Positions 38,765 through 52,840 of a stretch of DNA of 64,000 bases are shown here, piece after piece. Numbering within the stretch: position 1 is the first letter of the stretch; each line of letters opens with the position of its first letter. The translations under genes were made by a program, and so were the position numbers. The notes below the pieces were generated by a model. That model saw only the letters and a list, made by a program, of their open reading frames with translations, ran no database searches and had not been told where the DNA came from. The stretch comes from Eledone cirrhosa. Lineage: Eukaryota. The DNA lies in the NCBI GenBank assembly GCA_964016885.1, contig OZ024745.1:33294001-33358000 (forward strand). The letters are read 5' to 3'.

Positions 38765-40425
38765 CTGTATAGCAATATTGAAAATATTTTAATGCTGTAT
38801 GTACAGTCAAGTTAATATATAAATCCTATACCTTCAGAATAGGTACACTGTATGTCTATATGTCATAGGGGGTGACTAAAAAGGAATGATATCAGGAAAG
38901 ACATCCAGTCAGAGCATACTGTTGTAGATTTTAGTTGCAACTTCTAAATACCTTCACATACATCTAAATACCTTAACTCTCTTAGTTTCTCATAAAACTT
39001 TTCTTATCACAGTCACATATCTCTATATATCTGCACTTCAATGAGCTGCCGTCTTCCTCATATCACATGCTGCCATATGGAAACCTCTAAGACTCAAAGA
39101 CGCTCATCTAATCGAAATTACTAACCCCCTATCTTTCATCTACACCCTTCCTTTTACCTATTTCTTCTACACTTCAAAACCACTACACCCTAACTATTCT
39201 AGTTATATTTCCACTCCTCGCTGGTTTAATGTCTAATACTACCAATTGACTAGCCAAATTCCAACTAATTAGCTATCCATCTATCACCACTAAATTTTAT
39301 CAGATTTCTACGATTACCAATCACAGGTTTATACCTATGACCACTTCACATATACCTAATGATCTAAGCACATTGCTCATTGGCCAAATTCAAGACTACT
39401 GACCATCCCACTAACATCTCACACTTTTAGGATGACCCATATGGATTGACACTGGTTGATACCTGTATATTGATGTGTATACAAGTATGTATATATACAG
39501 GTGTGTATACACATACCTGTATATATGAGTGGTTGTGAGTACAAATAAATGTGTATGTATATATGTGTGCATGCATTTGTAAATGGAAGTGTATATATGG
39601 TTATACATATGCATATGTGGGAAGATATGTATGTAGATATGTGTGTAAGAACTTCTATATAAGCATGGCTTTAAGTGCTGCCTAAAAAATGGAATGATGC
39701 ATAGGATAATATTGTCTTAGATTCACTGTCTAAAAAAATACAAGATGGTCATGGTTGGAACCTGTTTCATCATATGCGTTAGGATCAAGGCTGACCTAAG
39801 ATTAAATAGCATTATATTTTTTTTAAAGTCTGTCTTGAGCCCAGTTTCCATGATGTGAAGTGACAGAGTTTAAGACTTCCCTCTGGACAGGACACCAGTC
39901 CACTGCAAAAGTTAATCCCCCACCTACTGCTGGTACTAATTTTCAGCTGAGTACACTGGAGCCATGTGAAATGAAGCGTTTTGCTCAAGAACACAATACA
40001 CAACCCAGTCAAGGAATCAAACCCAATACCCTTACCACTAAGCCACATGCCACCATAGCATCATATATGACTGTCAGTTAATATAAAGAGAATCATCCAG
40101 ATCATTCTATCATAGATAAAATATAATTGCAACCATTTCTATTAAAACGACAACAGTAATGAAATAAACAACAGCCATCACTTGCAACTGAGTATGATTT
40201 GGTAGTATGTACCATGCTTTTATTAATGGTTTAGGTGCTCATGGAGTTACAAGTAGACATAAGACTTCTTTCTGACCCTCTTTCTCAATTGATCCACCAG
40301 AACAGCTGGAAGTAAAGAGGGCTGTACCAGCACTGGATCTTGGCAAGATTTGGAATCAGAGTGTAGACTCTACCAAACTGACAACTTATTCAATGAAATA
40401 ACAATGAAATGCCATTGATACTTAC

Positions 40426-40502
40426 ACTTAACATTTGCTGGTTTATCAATTTCTAAATCTTCATTTTTAGGGAGAGGAAGACTGACAGATAGCTTTGTTA
40501 AA
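40426..40502 (-). CDS. Dynein heavy chain exon 8
   Basis: cacag|LTKLSVSLPLPKNEDLEIDKPANVK|gtaagt; phase 2 to 1. Confidence 0.8.
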
Positions 40503-40566
40503 CTGTGAAGAAGTAAAAGGGAAAACAACAATGGCATAGAAATTTTAATAACAAATGTGTTACATG

Positions 40567-40854
40567 TAACCCTTTTGATACCAAACTGCTTGTAACTGCA
40601 CTTCTATGATACAAAACTGCTTGAAACTGCCCTTGCTTCTATGATACAAAACTGCTCAGATTAAAGTGTTTATATTTAAAAACCTTCCATCATAATTTCA
40701 TGTAAGAAGCTTTATTTAGTTATGTTTCAAACACCAGCTTAATAACAAGACACTTAGTTATATTGCTAAATCACTCCAAATTCTTGATTATTTTCAAAAC
40801 AATTTGAAAATCAAAGGCAGTATCTCATTAGAAATATGGTAATGAAGGGGTTAA
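40567..40854. mobile_element. piggyBac-like MITE (TAACCC...GGGTTAA family)
   Basis: Termini TAACCCTTTTGATACC / GGTAATGAAGGGGTTAA; degenerate relatives near 12570, 17300, 20285, 59900. Confidence 0.6.
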
Positions 40855-40889
40855 AGATGTTATAAAATTCAAAGTAAAAAGTTACTTAC

Positions 40890-41075
40890 AGAGAAAATTG
40901 GGAATATGTTTCAATAATGTAAATAACTTTCTTCATTTGCTGAATCAATGGATCCAGGTTTGTAAATATTGCTTCTTTCTCAAGTAAGGAAATCCCTTTC
41001 ACTGTTCGACAGAAATCACTGATGTTTGTTGTTGATGCCCTTAGCATTTTGAGATTTAGAGATGGTTGCAGAGAA
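40890..41075 (-). CDS. Dynein heavy chain exon 7
   Basis: SLQPSL...EAIFTNLDPLIQQMKKVIYIIETYSQFS|gtaagt; phase 2 to 2. Confidence 0.85.
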
Positions 41076-42744
41076 CTGTTCATAATATAATATAACAATA
41101 TATCACTCATTCATGTATCATCATCATCATTTAATGTCTGTTTTCCCAGCTAGCAAGGATTGGATGAGTTATTACAGATCAAATCTGTACTTAAGCACAG
41201 CTACTGACTTCTTAGAGGGCCAGGGGCCAGTATCTTGCTTATATACATGTCTGTGCTTTACTGAGTACATTTTATTATGTCACTAACACTAGGGAGGTTG
41301 TCATGTTTTTGACATAGCTGATGAACCTTCCAGAACCTTTGTTTGGTAAGTTTTCTATGGGTGGATGTCCTTCCAATCACCAACCACTTTCCCGAGTGTA
41401 CAGGGTGCATAAATCACCCACAATAGAAAGGTTGTCATGCTGTTGATACAGCTGAAGAGACTTTCTGGCCCTTTTTGGCATGGTTTTTACAGCAAGATGC
41501 ATTTTTATTGCTAACCACCTTTCAGGATGTACTGGTTGTATTTTGTGTGGTGCCAGCACAAGAGAGGTCATTGATTCAACTAAAAATACCTTTCTACCTG
41601 AATGAGAGGTTGTAAAAAGAATGTACATATGTAAGTATATATATATCTTCATCATCATTATTTTATGTCTACTTTCCAGGCTGGCAAGGGTTGGATGGGT
41701 CATTATGGTCCAAGTTAGTTCTCAGAGTTACTGCCCTCCCCCCAGACACATTAGTGGGCCATGTTACACTCAAATATTTCAAATATTGGCACGATTTCAA
41801 TGGCAGGTTGCCCTTCTTAACACCAACCACTCTACAGTGGTTGTGTATACCTATACATACACTTGTGCATGGGCTAATAAATCAGTATATCTCATTACAT
41901 TTTGAAGATTCTGATTTTGCAATCTAAGAGCAAAAGTTAGCTGTAAGATACTTGTGGAACAAATATTATAGTGATGACACTTTTCATATGAAACCATCTG
42001 AAACCACCTCAATATTTAGGCAATCATATTGACCCCAATATTTAATTTTTTTCTTTAAAGTCGGGTGCTTATTTTATTGATCTCTATTTGTCGAACCACT
42101 AGGTTTCAGGATACATATGTACAAACATGCATACTTATAAGCATACATGACAGGCTTTGGTAGTTTCTGTTTACGAAATTTCCCTCACAAGGCATTCATC
42201 AACTTGAGGCTTTAGTAAAAGACCCTCACTCAAGGTACCACACAGTGGGACTGAATCCTAAACCAAGTGATTGTGAAGCAAACTCTTTAACTACACAGCC
42301 ATGCCAACACCTATCTAAAGTCTGTCTCAATCCCAGAGGATCATCAAGCCAGTGCTTGTCCTGGTTTCCATGGTGTGAAGTGACTGAGAGTATATTACTC
42401 CCCCCACTTGACAGGACGCCAGTCCATTGCAGGGTTAGACCCTCAGCTATTGCTGGTACTTATTTTCAGCTGAGTATACTGGAGCTGAGTATACATGAAA
42501 TTATGTGTTTTGCACAAGAACACAACACACAACCCAGTCCAGGAATTGAACCCAAACATTGTGATTGTAAGTCCAACACCCTTACCACTAAGCCACGCAA
42601 CTCTATGCCAGCACCTATACACAACACAAAATCAAAATTAGATAAAATGGAATTATCCAACAAAATATGTTGTGTGGAGAAATGTATATAATTTTGCTCG
42701 AAGACATTCTGTAGGTATTGAAAGATATGGAAGTATATAATTAC

Positions 42745-42902
42745 ATGTGAGAAGCACTTTTTGAAGCCAAAAAAGTTCCATGGCGAATTGAAATACTTGA
42801 CTGCAACATGATGATGGAATCTTTGAAGGAGTTCGTCATTTGTATACAAATTTTCAACTGTTTATAAAGAGAATCTGTTGCCATTGTTTTGTTATCTTGC
42901 TC
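42745..42902 (-). CDS. Dynein heavy chain exon 6
   Basis: ttacag|EQDNKTMATDSLYKQLKICIQM...SH|gtaatt; phase 0 to 2. Confidence 0.8.
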
Positions 42903-42939
42903 CTGTAACACAAATACAGACATATATATATATATATAA

Positions 42940-43639
42940 AATAGTAATATACGTGAACGGCAAAGCATAAACGAACTAAGGAAAAAATTAGAAATAAGAG
43001 GGATCAGATGTTGTTTACTCGAGAGAAGGCTACGTTGGTATGGACACGTGATGTGCATGAAAGTCGATAGCTGTATAACAAAGTGCAGGGCAATAAAGAT
43101 AGACGGTAGCCACGGAATAGGCAGACCTAGAAAAACCTGGGACGAGCTGATAAACTCCGACCTCACACACTTACACCTCTCCAAGACAATGTCACTGGAC
43201 CGAGACCTTTGGCGGTACTCAGTAATAGAGAAGACCCGCCTTACCTAAATACATAGTAAAATCTACTACAGCCAGTAGGCATCTCTAACAAAATACACCC
43301 CCGTCCCACCACCCCCACCCCATCCACACCACCCCCTCCTATGTAAAGTTATGTTGGTGCCACACCATCCAGGCCGAAACAAATGAGATCGTGTAGGTGT
43401 CACGACAAAAAAACACACAGTCCACGCTGTAATGTGGCCGTGTAGGCAACACGGTAAAAACCTCCCAGACCCACACTGTAAATGTGGTTGGTGTTAGGAA
43501 GGGCATCCAACTGTAGAAAACCCGCCAGACAGTCCTATGCGAGCAAGACAATCACTCTTGCCTCAAGTGGGACTACCCCCGTCCAAACCCATGCAAGCGT
43601 GGAACAGGGACGTTAAACGTTGATGATGATGATGATGAT
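42940..43639 (+). mobile_element. Second, shorter copy of the RTE LINE at 1987-3376
   Basis: ...GRPRKTWDELINSDLT...IEKTRLT* almost identical; same 3'UTR and (GAT)n tail. Confidence 0.92.
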
Positions 43640-43842
43640 AAAAGTGTGTGTGTGTGCGCGTATATATATAAATATAAGGGCGGTGCCCCAGCATGGCCTC
43701 AGCCGGATGGCTGGAACAGGTAAAAGAGTAAAAGAATATATACATGGCTGTCTGAACACACCTGTGCTTTTCCTCCCCAACAATTTTTTTTTTTCATTTC
43801 TCATTCTTTTCACTCTCCTGTATCTTTCTATTTCTCAGTCTA

Positions 43843-43877
43843 TTGTCTGATGAAGGACTAGCATCTGAGACGTTAAG
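43843..43877 (+). ncRNA. Decayed copy of the 622-657 hammerhead motif
   Basis: CTGATGAAGGACTAGCATCTGAGACGTTAAGA; GAAA>GAGA; flanks homologous to ~590-740. Confidence 0.5.
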
Positions 43878-43989
43878 AATCTTTTCCTTCTATAGCAAGG
43901 ATTAAACTAGAATATATCTTCATTGTACTGTATTGTCTGCTTTGTTGTTTTCTGTTTACTTTTCACACAAACACACCACCACCACCACC

Positions 43990-44020
<31 letters not shown>

Positions 44021-44904
44021 GTCATCTGCAGACGAAACTATAACATATCTCACTTTCTGCCTCCAATGGTCTCTGTCCCCCATTATGACATTGATTTTAG
44101 AATCAGAGTTTATACCAGTATCCTCTCTGAGCATTTTTGGAAAGGTCTTCATTCCTGCTCCTCTGCACCACCTACTTCCTGATGGTGACCAAAATAAAAG
44201 CTTAGAAACCGATTGGTCCCCAGCTCTGTAGCAATGACCAGAAAGCATAATCTTCTCTACCTAATGGTAACTGATAGCCACAGAAGACCTTGGTATAGCT
44301 TTCTGTTGGTTATATGATCTCTCCAGCTGATATTTAAAAATCCTTCTCAACAGCATCAATTGTTATTTCCAGGATTCATGTTATATTCCAAGTTTCTGAG
44401 TTGTATAACAGAATACTTTCTACAAATGCCCTGAAAAACTAAGTTTCATAAATTAGTGGAGACTGTATATCTATCACCACTACAATATGGTGTGAAGACT
44501 ACATATATTACATTATTAGTGTATTTCATTACTATATCTTTGGTAACACTTTGTATATACATGTTGGGTGCATGTGGAATTTGGTAACCCCTAATCATAT
44601 TACTACAGAATGGTAACCTCACCTTATGACTACAGATTATATCCTTAATATTCGCTACATATATCTTTTATTATGAAGTTTATGTTTGGAATATAACAAA
44701 AGGTTCTTAAAATTATGTTGGAAGGTTTTACTTTAAATAGAAACCCTTTAAAATGTGTGGGTTTTTTTCTCCATAGAAACAGATTCAGCTTAAGGGCAGT
44801 TTAATATCAAAAGGATTAAACTGATATTATTCCCCTCTTTTTGAATTTTTTCCTTTTGGAAAGCAATATTAAATGGTAAGAAAGAAGAAAGTTATGATTA
44901 CAAC

Positions 44905-45051
44905 CTTATATTTGCCACCAACAGTTTTCTTTTGTAGATTCAAAGAAGAACAACTCTGTAAGATTTGATTCCAAAATATATCATCTCCATCAGTGCTTGT
45001 AGTACACAGCTTGATAAATTTCTTAAATATGATAACTAATTGGTTGGCAGT
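44905..45051 (-). CDS. Dynein heavy chain exon 5
   Basis: TANQLVIIFKKFI...IFWNQ (cf. KVTNQII...IWNQ); AG/GT, phase 0 to 0. Confidence 0.9.
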
Positions 45052-45105
45052 CTGAAATAAAATGTAAAATACAAATTAAATATAATATTTCTGAAGAATT
45101 AAATT

Positions 45106-45915
45106 CCATTGCTTGGGTACCTTTCCAGAGATCCAGGCCATCCAGCACACATGAGTCAGCCAGAGAATACCTCCTCTATTTGAGGCTTTAACATCTCGGG
45201 CCGGATTACATCTTCCCCAGTGGCCTTGCCACATTTGAGCTCTATAACTGCTCTTGTGACCTCAGCCTCTGAGAGATTAGTCACCATTCCCAGATGCACC
45301 TCGTGTAAATCAGAAGATGCTGTTGTGATTGGGTTTAGGGGATCAGAAAAATGTTCTCTCCACCTCTCTGAAGAGAGGAGAACCCCAGACATGTTCCTGA
45401 TAGCAGTGTGGAGGATGACTTCTTATGATGTCGGTGGATGATCTGCCAGAATATTTTATTTGCTGATCTGAAATCAGATTCCAGCTTAACCCCAATGTCC
45501 TCCCATGTCTTAAACTAGCAATGGCAATCGGGAGTGATAATTCCAATTTTCAAAAAGGGAGACAAGAGAGATTGTTTCAATTACAGTGGGATCTCCTTGT
45601 TAAGCCTCCCCAGTAAAGTCTATGCTAAGTGTCTGGCAAGTTAGCCGATGAACAGTTCGGATTTTGCCCTGGATGCAGCACAGCCAACCAAATATTCACA
45701 TTGCAGCGTCTTTGAGAAATCATGGGAGTATTGCTAAGAGGTATATTCTTGTTTTGAAGACCTTGAAAAGGCATAAGACCGCATTCCTCGGGACCTGCTG
45801 TGAAAGGTTGTGCAGGTGTATGGGGTCGATGGTCAGCTTCTTGTTGCCCTGATGTCTCTATATGAATGGCATAGTATTTGTGTTCAGATAAATGGTGCTA
45901 AATCGAAACCTTCAA
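45106..45915. mobile_element. Decayed RTE LINE with internal inversion
   Basis: Minus part ERWREHF...GKATGED.IRPEMLK...GKVPKQW; plus part QWQSGVIIPIFKKGDKRDCFNYSGISLLS. Confidence 0.85.
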
Positions 45916-46861
45916 AGTGGGACAAACAGACAGAGACAGACAGACAAACAAACAAATAGATATATAGACAGCTAGATAGACTGATATATGACTTCAATAA
46001 TCTTAACTTAAGCCTTAACATCCTGCAATGATTTAGCAGAAAATATCTAGAAATGGGTTTGTTAATTCAAATGTTTTGAGTAACTTTACTTGTGGACAGA
46101 TGGTTGTGAAAGTTTTCAGTAAAGTCTTTAGTTTTTAATGTAATGATGCAGTCGTAGTATTTTTTTGTACTTTTCAAGAATATTTTGCTAATGTGGTTGC
46201 GTGTGGGTGGATGTTAAGATTTAAAGCTTGTTGCTGATAAATATATTTAACAAAATATATATTTTTGTAATTAAGAAAATTTCAAACGCTGGAGAATAGC
46301 TGTGAAAACAGATTTTGGAAATCAGGTAAAAATACCAGTTAGCAAATGTTGGCCCTCTTTTCCCATCCATAGGGATATTTTTCCCCAATTTCATAAAGCT
46401 ATTTTCACAACTATTCTCTAGCATTTGAGATTTCTAAACATATTTCAACTCACTTGACACTTAATGTTTATTTACATAAGAGGTTCCCCCAGCCACTTAA
46501 TACCCTCATTGCCCCTCACCCCTATTTCCAGAGAGACCTGCCTACATGCAAATTGTAAATTATATATAATAAATAAAATTGGTAATTTATATAAAATAAA
46601 TAATGTAATATATACCATGTATAAATAAATATTATACATATTTTTTTATTTTATTATATATATATAATTGTTTCTACGTTTGGCACAAGGCCAGCAATTA
46701 CCCAGTACATTACTGGTACTTTATTTTATCGACCCCATAAGGATGAAAGGCAAAGTTAACCTCATATCATTTGATATTTAATATACTATTATATCATCTC
46801 TACCACCCACTTCGAGAACCTCTGATTTACATACATGTTCTCACATATTTTTTTTTTTTAC

Positions 46862-47066
46862 CTTTTTCAAAAGAAGAGCTAAGAATCCAGATCTGGCAAA
46901 ATGTCTTGTTAGTGACTCCTGTCTTTTAAGGGCAGCAATGATGTTTGGTATTACAGTGTACATCACAAATTCTGGACAGCAAGTGTTTCGTAACTCCAGT
47001 AAATGATTCTTAATAAATTCCAAATATTTCACTTTATCTCTCGCCTCATTTATTGCTTCAGAGATC
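46862..47066 (-). CDS. Dynein heavy chain exon 4
   Basis: ISEAINEARDKVKYLEF matches the NEAKDNVKYL motif; phase 2 to 0. Confidence 0.95.
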
Positions 47067-48059
47067 CTGACATAAATGAATTAACAGAAATATCATCATT
47101 TAACATTTGATTTCTCTGTTAGGTGTATGAGAGAGAGAGAGAGAGGGAGAGAGAAGGGAAGACAAAGAGTGTGTGTCAATGTTTGTGGTTTTATTTACAT
47201 GGGTCATAAAAAAGAAAAGGAACTCAGTGTTGTATATATTGTCTCTCCCTTTGTCTTGTAACTTTCAACAAATAGAAATGGATAAAATAAGTATTGCGAT
47301 CAATATGATTGCCTAAAAACCTCTCTGAAAGTGGTGCCCCAGCATGGCTGCAGTCCAATGACTGAAATCAACATGACATGAACAAATTTGAGAATGTTCA
47401 TGACCATATTTTTAGGTCAGTTACTTCCCTGAAGAGGTCAACCAGCTGGGGATGGGGTAGTGACAACAATGTTTTTGATGACGGGTGGTGGGATTTGTAC
47501 ATTGGAACCTTAGTTCATGAACTTAATTTGTTCCTGAAGGCATTTCTTCACTGAAATGTTCGTAAGCCAAAACTATTTTCTCATACAAAATGTTGAGAGA
47601 GAAATACAATGAGAGAGAGAGACAGTGTGTGAAAGGCAGATATATATCACCATAGTAACTAACTACATAGCAAGTGACGCTTTCCCACTGATACTCCCAG
47701 CTTGTCGCCAACCCTTGTTGCAGACTTGTGTATTTGTTACTTGAGACATTATTTGTCAGCTGAGATGTTTTATGTTTGGAAAAATTATTTGTGAACTGAT
47801 TTGTTCATGATGATAGGGGATTGATGAATGGAGGTTCCACAGTACTTAAAAGCATGAAGGCAAGACAGATACAACAAAGCATCTCTCAGACTCTTTAATG
47901 ATCCTGCTAATTCACCACCATCCTAGATTGCTACTTTATTTATTGACACCTGAAAGGATGAAAAGCAATGTTGGTCATGGTAGGATTTGAACTCAGTGTA
48001 TAGAGGGCTGGATGGATCAAATGCTGATGTTCTAACAACTCTGCCATTTTAACCTCTTG

Positions 48060-48260
48060 GATGGGGGTAGGCTGAAAAATTCATAGACTGACTATGAAGA
48101 AGTGATGCTAGTCCTGTGAAATCTTGCATGCATTAATTTCAACTCTTATTAGTAACTGCATTGTTTCTTTCTAGGGACTATGTTGAAAATTAAACCTCGT
48201 TTGGTCATTCCATGAGAGTATCTTGGCCAGCCTATGAACTTTTCAGCCGACCCTCATATA
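48060..48260. mobile_element. Mariner-like MITE
   Basis: GGCTGAAAAATTCATAGACTG / CAGCCTATGAACTTTTCAGCC TIRs; about 30 bp from the exon 3 donor. Confidence 0.75.
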
Positions 48261-48288
48261 GTCAAAGAAAAAAAGATTATAATATTAC

Positions 48289-48462
48289 CCAGAATCTATA
48301 AGTTTCCATTTTCTTAACAGCTTTGAACGTCCAGCGATAAGATATGAAATAACTGATTTGCATTCTTTGCTCTTCAGCTGTTCTGTGATACTTTCAAGAA
48401 TTTTATACCTTCTTTTCCATTTCTTCAGCTCACTCAGTGGACCCAAATTGTTCTCCAATGTC
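48289..48462 (-). CDS. Dynein heavy chain exon 3 (start of DHC_N1)
   Basis: TLENNLGPLSELKKWKRR...EQLKSKECKSV...SKLLRKWKLIDS resembles the DNAH5 GPxxELxxW...QLKS...SKLLKxW segment; AG/GT sites. Confidence 0.95.
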
Positions 48463-49176
48463 CTAAAATATATATTATTCTTTCATTTACATCTGAGAAC
48501 CATAATAGAAAAAATAACCCTTTTCCTACCATATTTCTAACACTGCCAGTAGTTTTCAAATTAATTTGAAAATAATCAAGAATTGGTAAGGATTTAGTAT
48601 AATAATATAACTAATTAACTACCAACTGCCATTGCTCAGGTACCTTTCAAGAGATCTAGGTCACCCGGCACATACAAGTCAGCCAGAGAATACCTTTTCT
48701 ATTTAAGGTTTTTAACATCTCGGGCTGGATTTCATGCTCCCCAGTGGCCTTCATTAACACATGTACAAGAAATACAATGAAAAGCTTAGCCTATTGTAAT
48801 CCATCAATGGGTAGGTAGCAGAATGGTAGATATGACCTTCATGACTTTCTTAGCACAACAATAAATATAATAAAATCGATCCTGGAGTCATAGAATTGTT
48901 CATGAAAGGAGTGCCAACTATGGTAAGTTGTGTGTAGCAGCAGCACTATTAACACCACCTGGCCATTGGATACCATTAGCAGAGTCCATTCTGTTGCAAG
49001 CATTTATGTCAGGTCACCTGTTTAGGGACACCTCCATCCCCTTCCCTCCTCTCACCAGTCTCAGAACCCTTTAAAAAGATTCATTGTCACTGCCATTCTC
49101 TCCTCTCCCCAACTAAACAGTAAATAAATAAATAACCAAAATGTAGGGATATAACAGTGTTAAGATATTAGCTTGC

Positions 49177-49325
49177 CTCTCATCTGAACTGTATAGAATA
49201 GTTTCAATATTTGTAATCCACTCAGTTATAATCTGTTCTTTATTCTCAAGATCATACGTTTTGGTGGAGGATGTATATGTACATTGTTCCATTGGGGTTA
49301 TTTCAGCAGGTGTCTTCAGGATTTG
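49177..49325 (-). CDS. Dynein heavy chain exon 2
   Basis: ttccag|QILKTP...EQIITEWITNIETILYSSDE; ends AG|GCAAGC (GC donor, phase 2), the phase exon 3 needs. Confidence 0.85.
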
Positions 49326-51834
49326 CTGGAAGTAAGTTAAAATAATCAGTTCAATTACCTTATACACTTGAATATAAGCCAACTCCCTTTTATATGTCAG
49401 AAATGGACAAAGATCCAAACCCTGTTTATAAGCCAGGACAGCTAATCAACACATGTTTAGATGGTATGGTTTGAAATCCTCATGAGTTTTAATATTTTAA
49501 TATTATGAAGTTTTAATATTTTGTTGGAAATATTTTCAAGGTATGCATAAATAACAGTAATGAAGATGTACTAAATGTAGAAAAACTGTTTCATTGCAAA
49601 ATAATCACTCCAGATATTTTAGCACTTTATGAAGAATTTGAAGTTGGTAAAAATCATCAAACTATTGACTCCGAATATAAGGCAATCCCCATTTTACCCT
49701 CGATTTTTTGGTTACATTTTCCTCGACCTATATTCGAGTATATACGGTATGTTCCTTAATTGAATATGAAAAAAAAATAACACAATAAACACTGATATAT
49801 TGTATCTGAAGATGAGATATATAGCAATTCACAGGTCATGACTGTAGTGACTTCACTGGTTGGTACTGGATTGTCTTTTGTGGTATTCCTGTATGTCCCA
49901 ATGTTTGTCCAACATGCCCCTCAGTAAACTGATGATTTGTAATATAAGCCCTTACAAGCTGAACACTTAGCCTCTCTCAGTTCAAAGACTGACCTATGTG
50001 GTGAAGAGCCACATCCTACACGAGGTGCCTCTGATACAGCTATCATAGGATAGTCTAGCAGAAAAGGTCGGATTTAGAAGAGTAAGCCTCAATAAAAATC
50101 CTGCTTGTTTCATAGTAAACAGTAACTCATGCAATGATCATCAGTTTAATTAGATGACCTTGGTGTTGTGAACACCAGTGGCTTCACAGATGATTGACTA
50201 TTAATTCAACAATGGATTGGCACAACTGCTCCAGTTAGCAGAGAAATCTATGAGTATGCAGGTGTGGTAAGCCACATATATTCTAGCCATTAAAAAAGGC
50301 AAAATGAATGTTTCACTTTTGATGGAAGGATGACTCAAGAAGAAGTAGACCATGGGTTTGTAGCTGGAAAGTTCCTCTCCAAAAGTGGAAGACCAACAAT
50401 CATACATGCATGCCAGTTTTCTCTCCATTGATGTCCAAGAGAGAGACAACGGTCAATAGAGTTTGGCACTAGTGACATTGCAGGATGCCAGTCTGTTGGA
50501 GGGTTAACACCCAGCTGCTGCTACTCATTTTTTCCATCCAGTTGAGTGGACTAGATGAATATGAAATAAAATGTTTTGTTCAAGGACACAACCTACTACT
50601 TAGTCTAGGAAACAACCTCATGACCTTATGTTTGTAAGCCCAACACCCTAAGCTGCATATCTTCATAAAGGTAAAATAAAAATACATAAATTATGGGGAA
50701 AATCCCATTTTAGTTGTTTTTATTATTCATTTCAACTGTAATGGCAGTGGATTGGCAGTATTGGTAGGGCATCGTATAATATACTTTGCAGCATAGAGTT
50801 AATACCCTTTACATTCTGAGTTCAAATCCCACTGAAGTTAGCCTGGCTTTTTATCCTTATGGAGTTGATAAAATAAAGTACCAGTAACGCATTGGGGTCG
50901 ATTTAAGCAACTTTCCCTTTACCCAGAATTGTTTGCCAAAACCAGAAACCATTTTTCATTTCAACTGTGAGGGCAGTGGATTGGCAGGTCATTGGACAAC
51001 AGGACAGTGAACGCACATAGCCTAGTGGTAAGGGTGTTGGACTTACGATTATAATGTTTCGATTCCTGGACTGGGTTGTGTGTTGTATTCTTGAGCAAAA
51101 CATTTCATTTCACGTTGCCTCAGTATACTCAGCTGAAAATAGCCGGTAGTTTAAAACCTGCAATGGACTGGCATCCTGTTCAAAAGGGAGTCTTGTACTC
51201 TTTGTCGCTTCACGCCATAGAAACTGGGATAAACACTGGCCCAATGAACCTCTAGGCTCGAGACAGACTTTAGACTTTTAGTTGGATAACATGCTTTGCG
51301 GCATAGAGTTACAGCCCTTTACATTTTGAGTTTAACTTTGCCTTTCATCCTTACAGGGTCGATAAAATAAAGCACTAGTAATCCACTGGGGTCGATTAAA
51401 TCGACATTCCCCTGGCCCAAAACTGTTGACCTTGTGTTTAAATCAAAACCCATTATTTATTTCAACTATGATAAGTTATTTAGCCCTACTCTTGCCACAT
51501 TCACAGCATCTCATGTTTCCAAACCTGGCATTAAACACTACCCACAATCCTTCCTCCCTGGAACTTCGATCCAAGGGAATTTCCGTCACATTCATTTTCC
51601 CTTTCAATATAGATCAATAGACGTTCAAACTGATCAAGCGCTACACCAATCTCACCTCTCAGAGAAGGCATATAAATGTTTGGAAGGTTTCCTAGAAATA
51701 GTTAAATCAGCAGTGGAGATAGATGTTCCAAACCTTTTTACCCTTGTAGAACCTTTGAAATAGTTTTCATGTCTCAGGGAACCCCTATAAAATTAGAAAA
51801 TACTGGAAAATATTAAACAAATATTATTTTCCAG

Positions 51835-52010
51835 TCTGTGGCATTCGAAATATTAGGTGGAGTTGAGCTGCTAACAGCGAAGTTCTTGTCATCTTTGGCG
51901 GCTAGCCTTACTGAGGTGTCAGGTGATGCCCGTGAGGGTACCTGGTTCAGTACCTTAGCTTCGCCATCACCAGCGGTAATGCTGCGAGCGTATTGGCATG
52001 CCTAAAAAGT
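51835..52010 (+). mobile_element. CRE-like non-LTR element C-terminal fragment
   Basis: VAFEILGG...LTEVSGDAREGTWF..LSFAITSGNAASVLAC; lies inside an hAT-like MITE (~51711-52425). Confidence 0.7.
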
Positions 52011-52529
52011 TTCCGTTGACCCTTGTGATGTGCGGCCTATTGTCGTACTTGGTGGTGAATTGATGGTCATTTTTTGTTTTCTTTTCTTTCTTTCTCTCGC
52101 TTTTATCATATATTTTGTACGTTATATTTGTAAGGTTCCTAGCAATAGTTAATTGTATTTATTATACATGTTTATATTTTCAAGAATTGTGAACAATTTG
52201 TAATGTTATTTATTAATATCTATCTCTTGATATATGAGGTGAATTCTTTATTAGAATAGCCAAGGATTATCTAACAATATGCCGTACATGTATAGTAAAA
52301 TTATGAATATAAAATTAAATAAAAGTTCCTAAAAAATGCATTAGCTTATCACTGTTTCTCGTGGAACTCTTAGCAACTTCTTGTGGAACTGTAGAGTTCC
52401 GAGGAATACCGGCTGAGAAACGCTGGTGTAAAGAGTAAGGGCAATGTGGAAAACATTCAGGGAGTTATTAAGCTGGCTAGTTACAAAGGTATTCTCTCTG
52501 AGTGAAGAACAGATTACATAATACGAAGT

Positions 52530-52760
52530 ACGATAATGCGTGCTAGCGAAACAGGCATTGAATTTGGAGGATTTGCTAATGGCGTTCGATACGTTTGGGG
52601 AAGTCGGGCTAGACTGTGAGGTTCTTATCTTCACTGGTGGCTCGCCTAACCGAGATAACTGGTGATGCTCGTGAGGGCGCTTGGTTGTTCCAGTGTATCA
52701 GCCTCGCCATCACCCGAGGTAACACTGCAAGCGCGCTGGCTTGCCCTCCAACTTATTAGA
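52530..52760 (+). mobile_element. CRE-like non-LTR element C-terminal fragment
   Basis: RLTEITGDAREGAWLFQCISLAITRGNTASALAC. Confidence 0.7.
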
Positions 52761-52840
52761 GAGGTTTCCCAGTGCTCCTCGCGATACTATTATCTTTTGC
52801 TCTGGCAGCGGTTAGTTTGTCGCCCCTTTCACCTCCCTTC

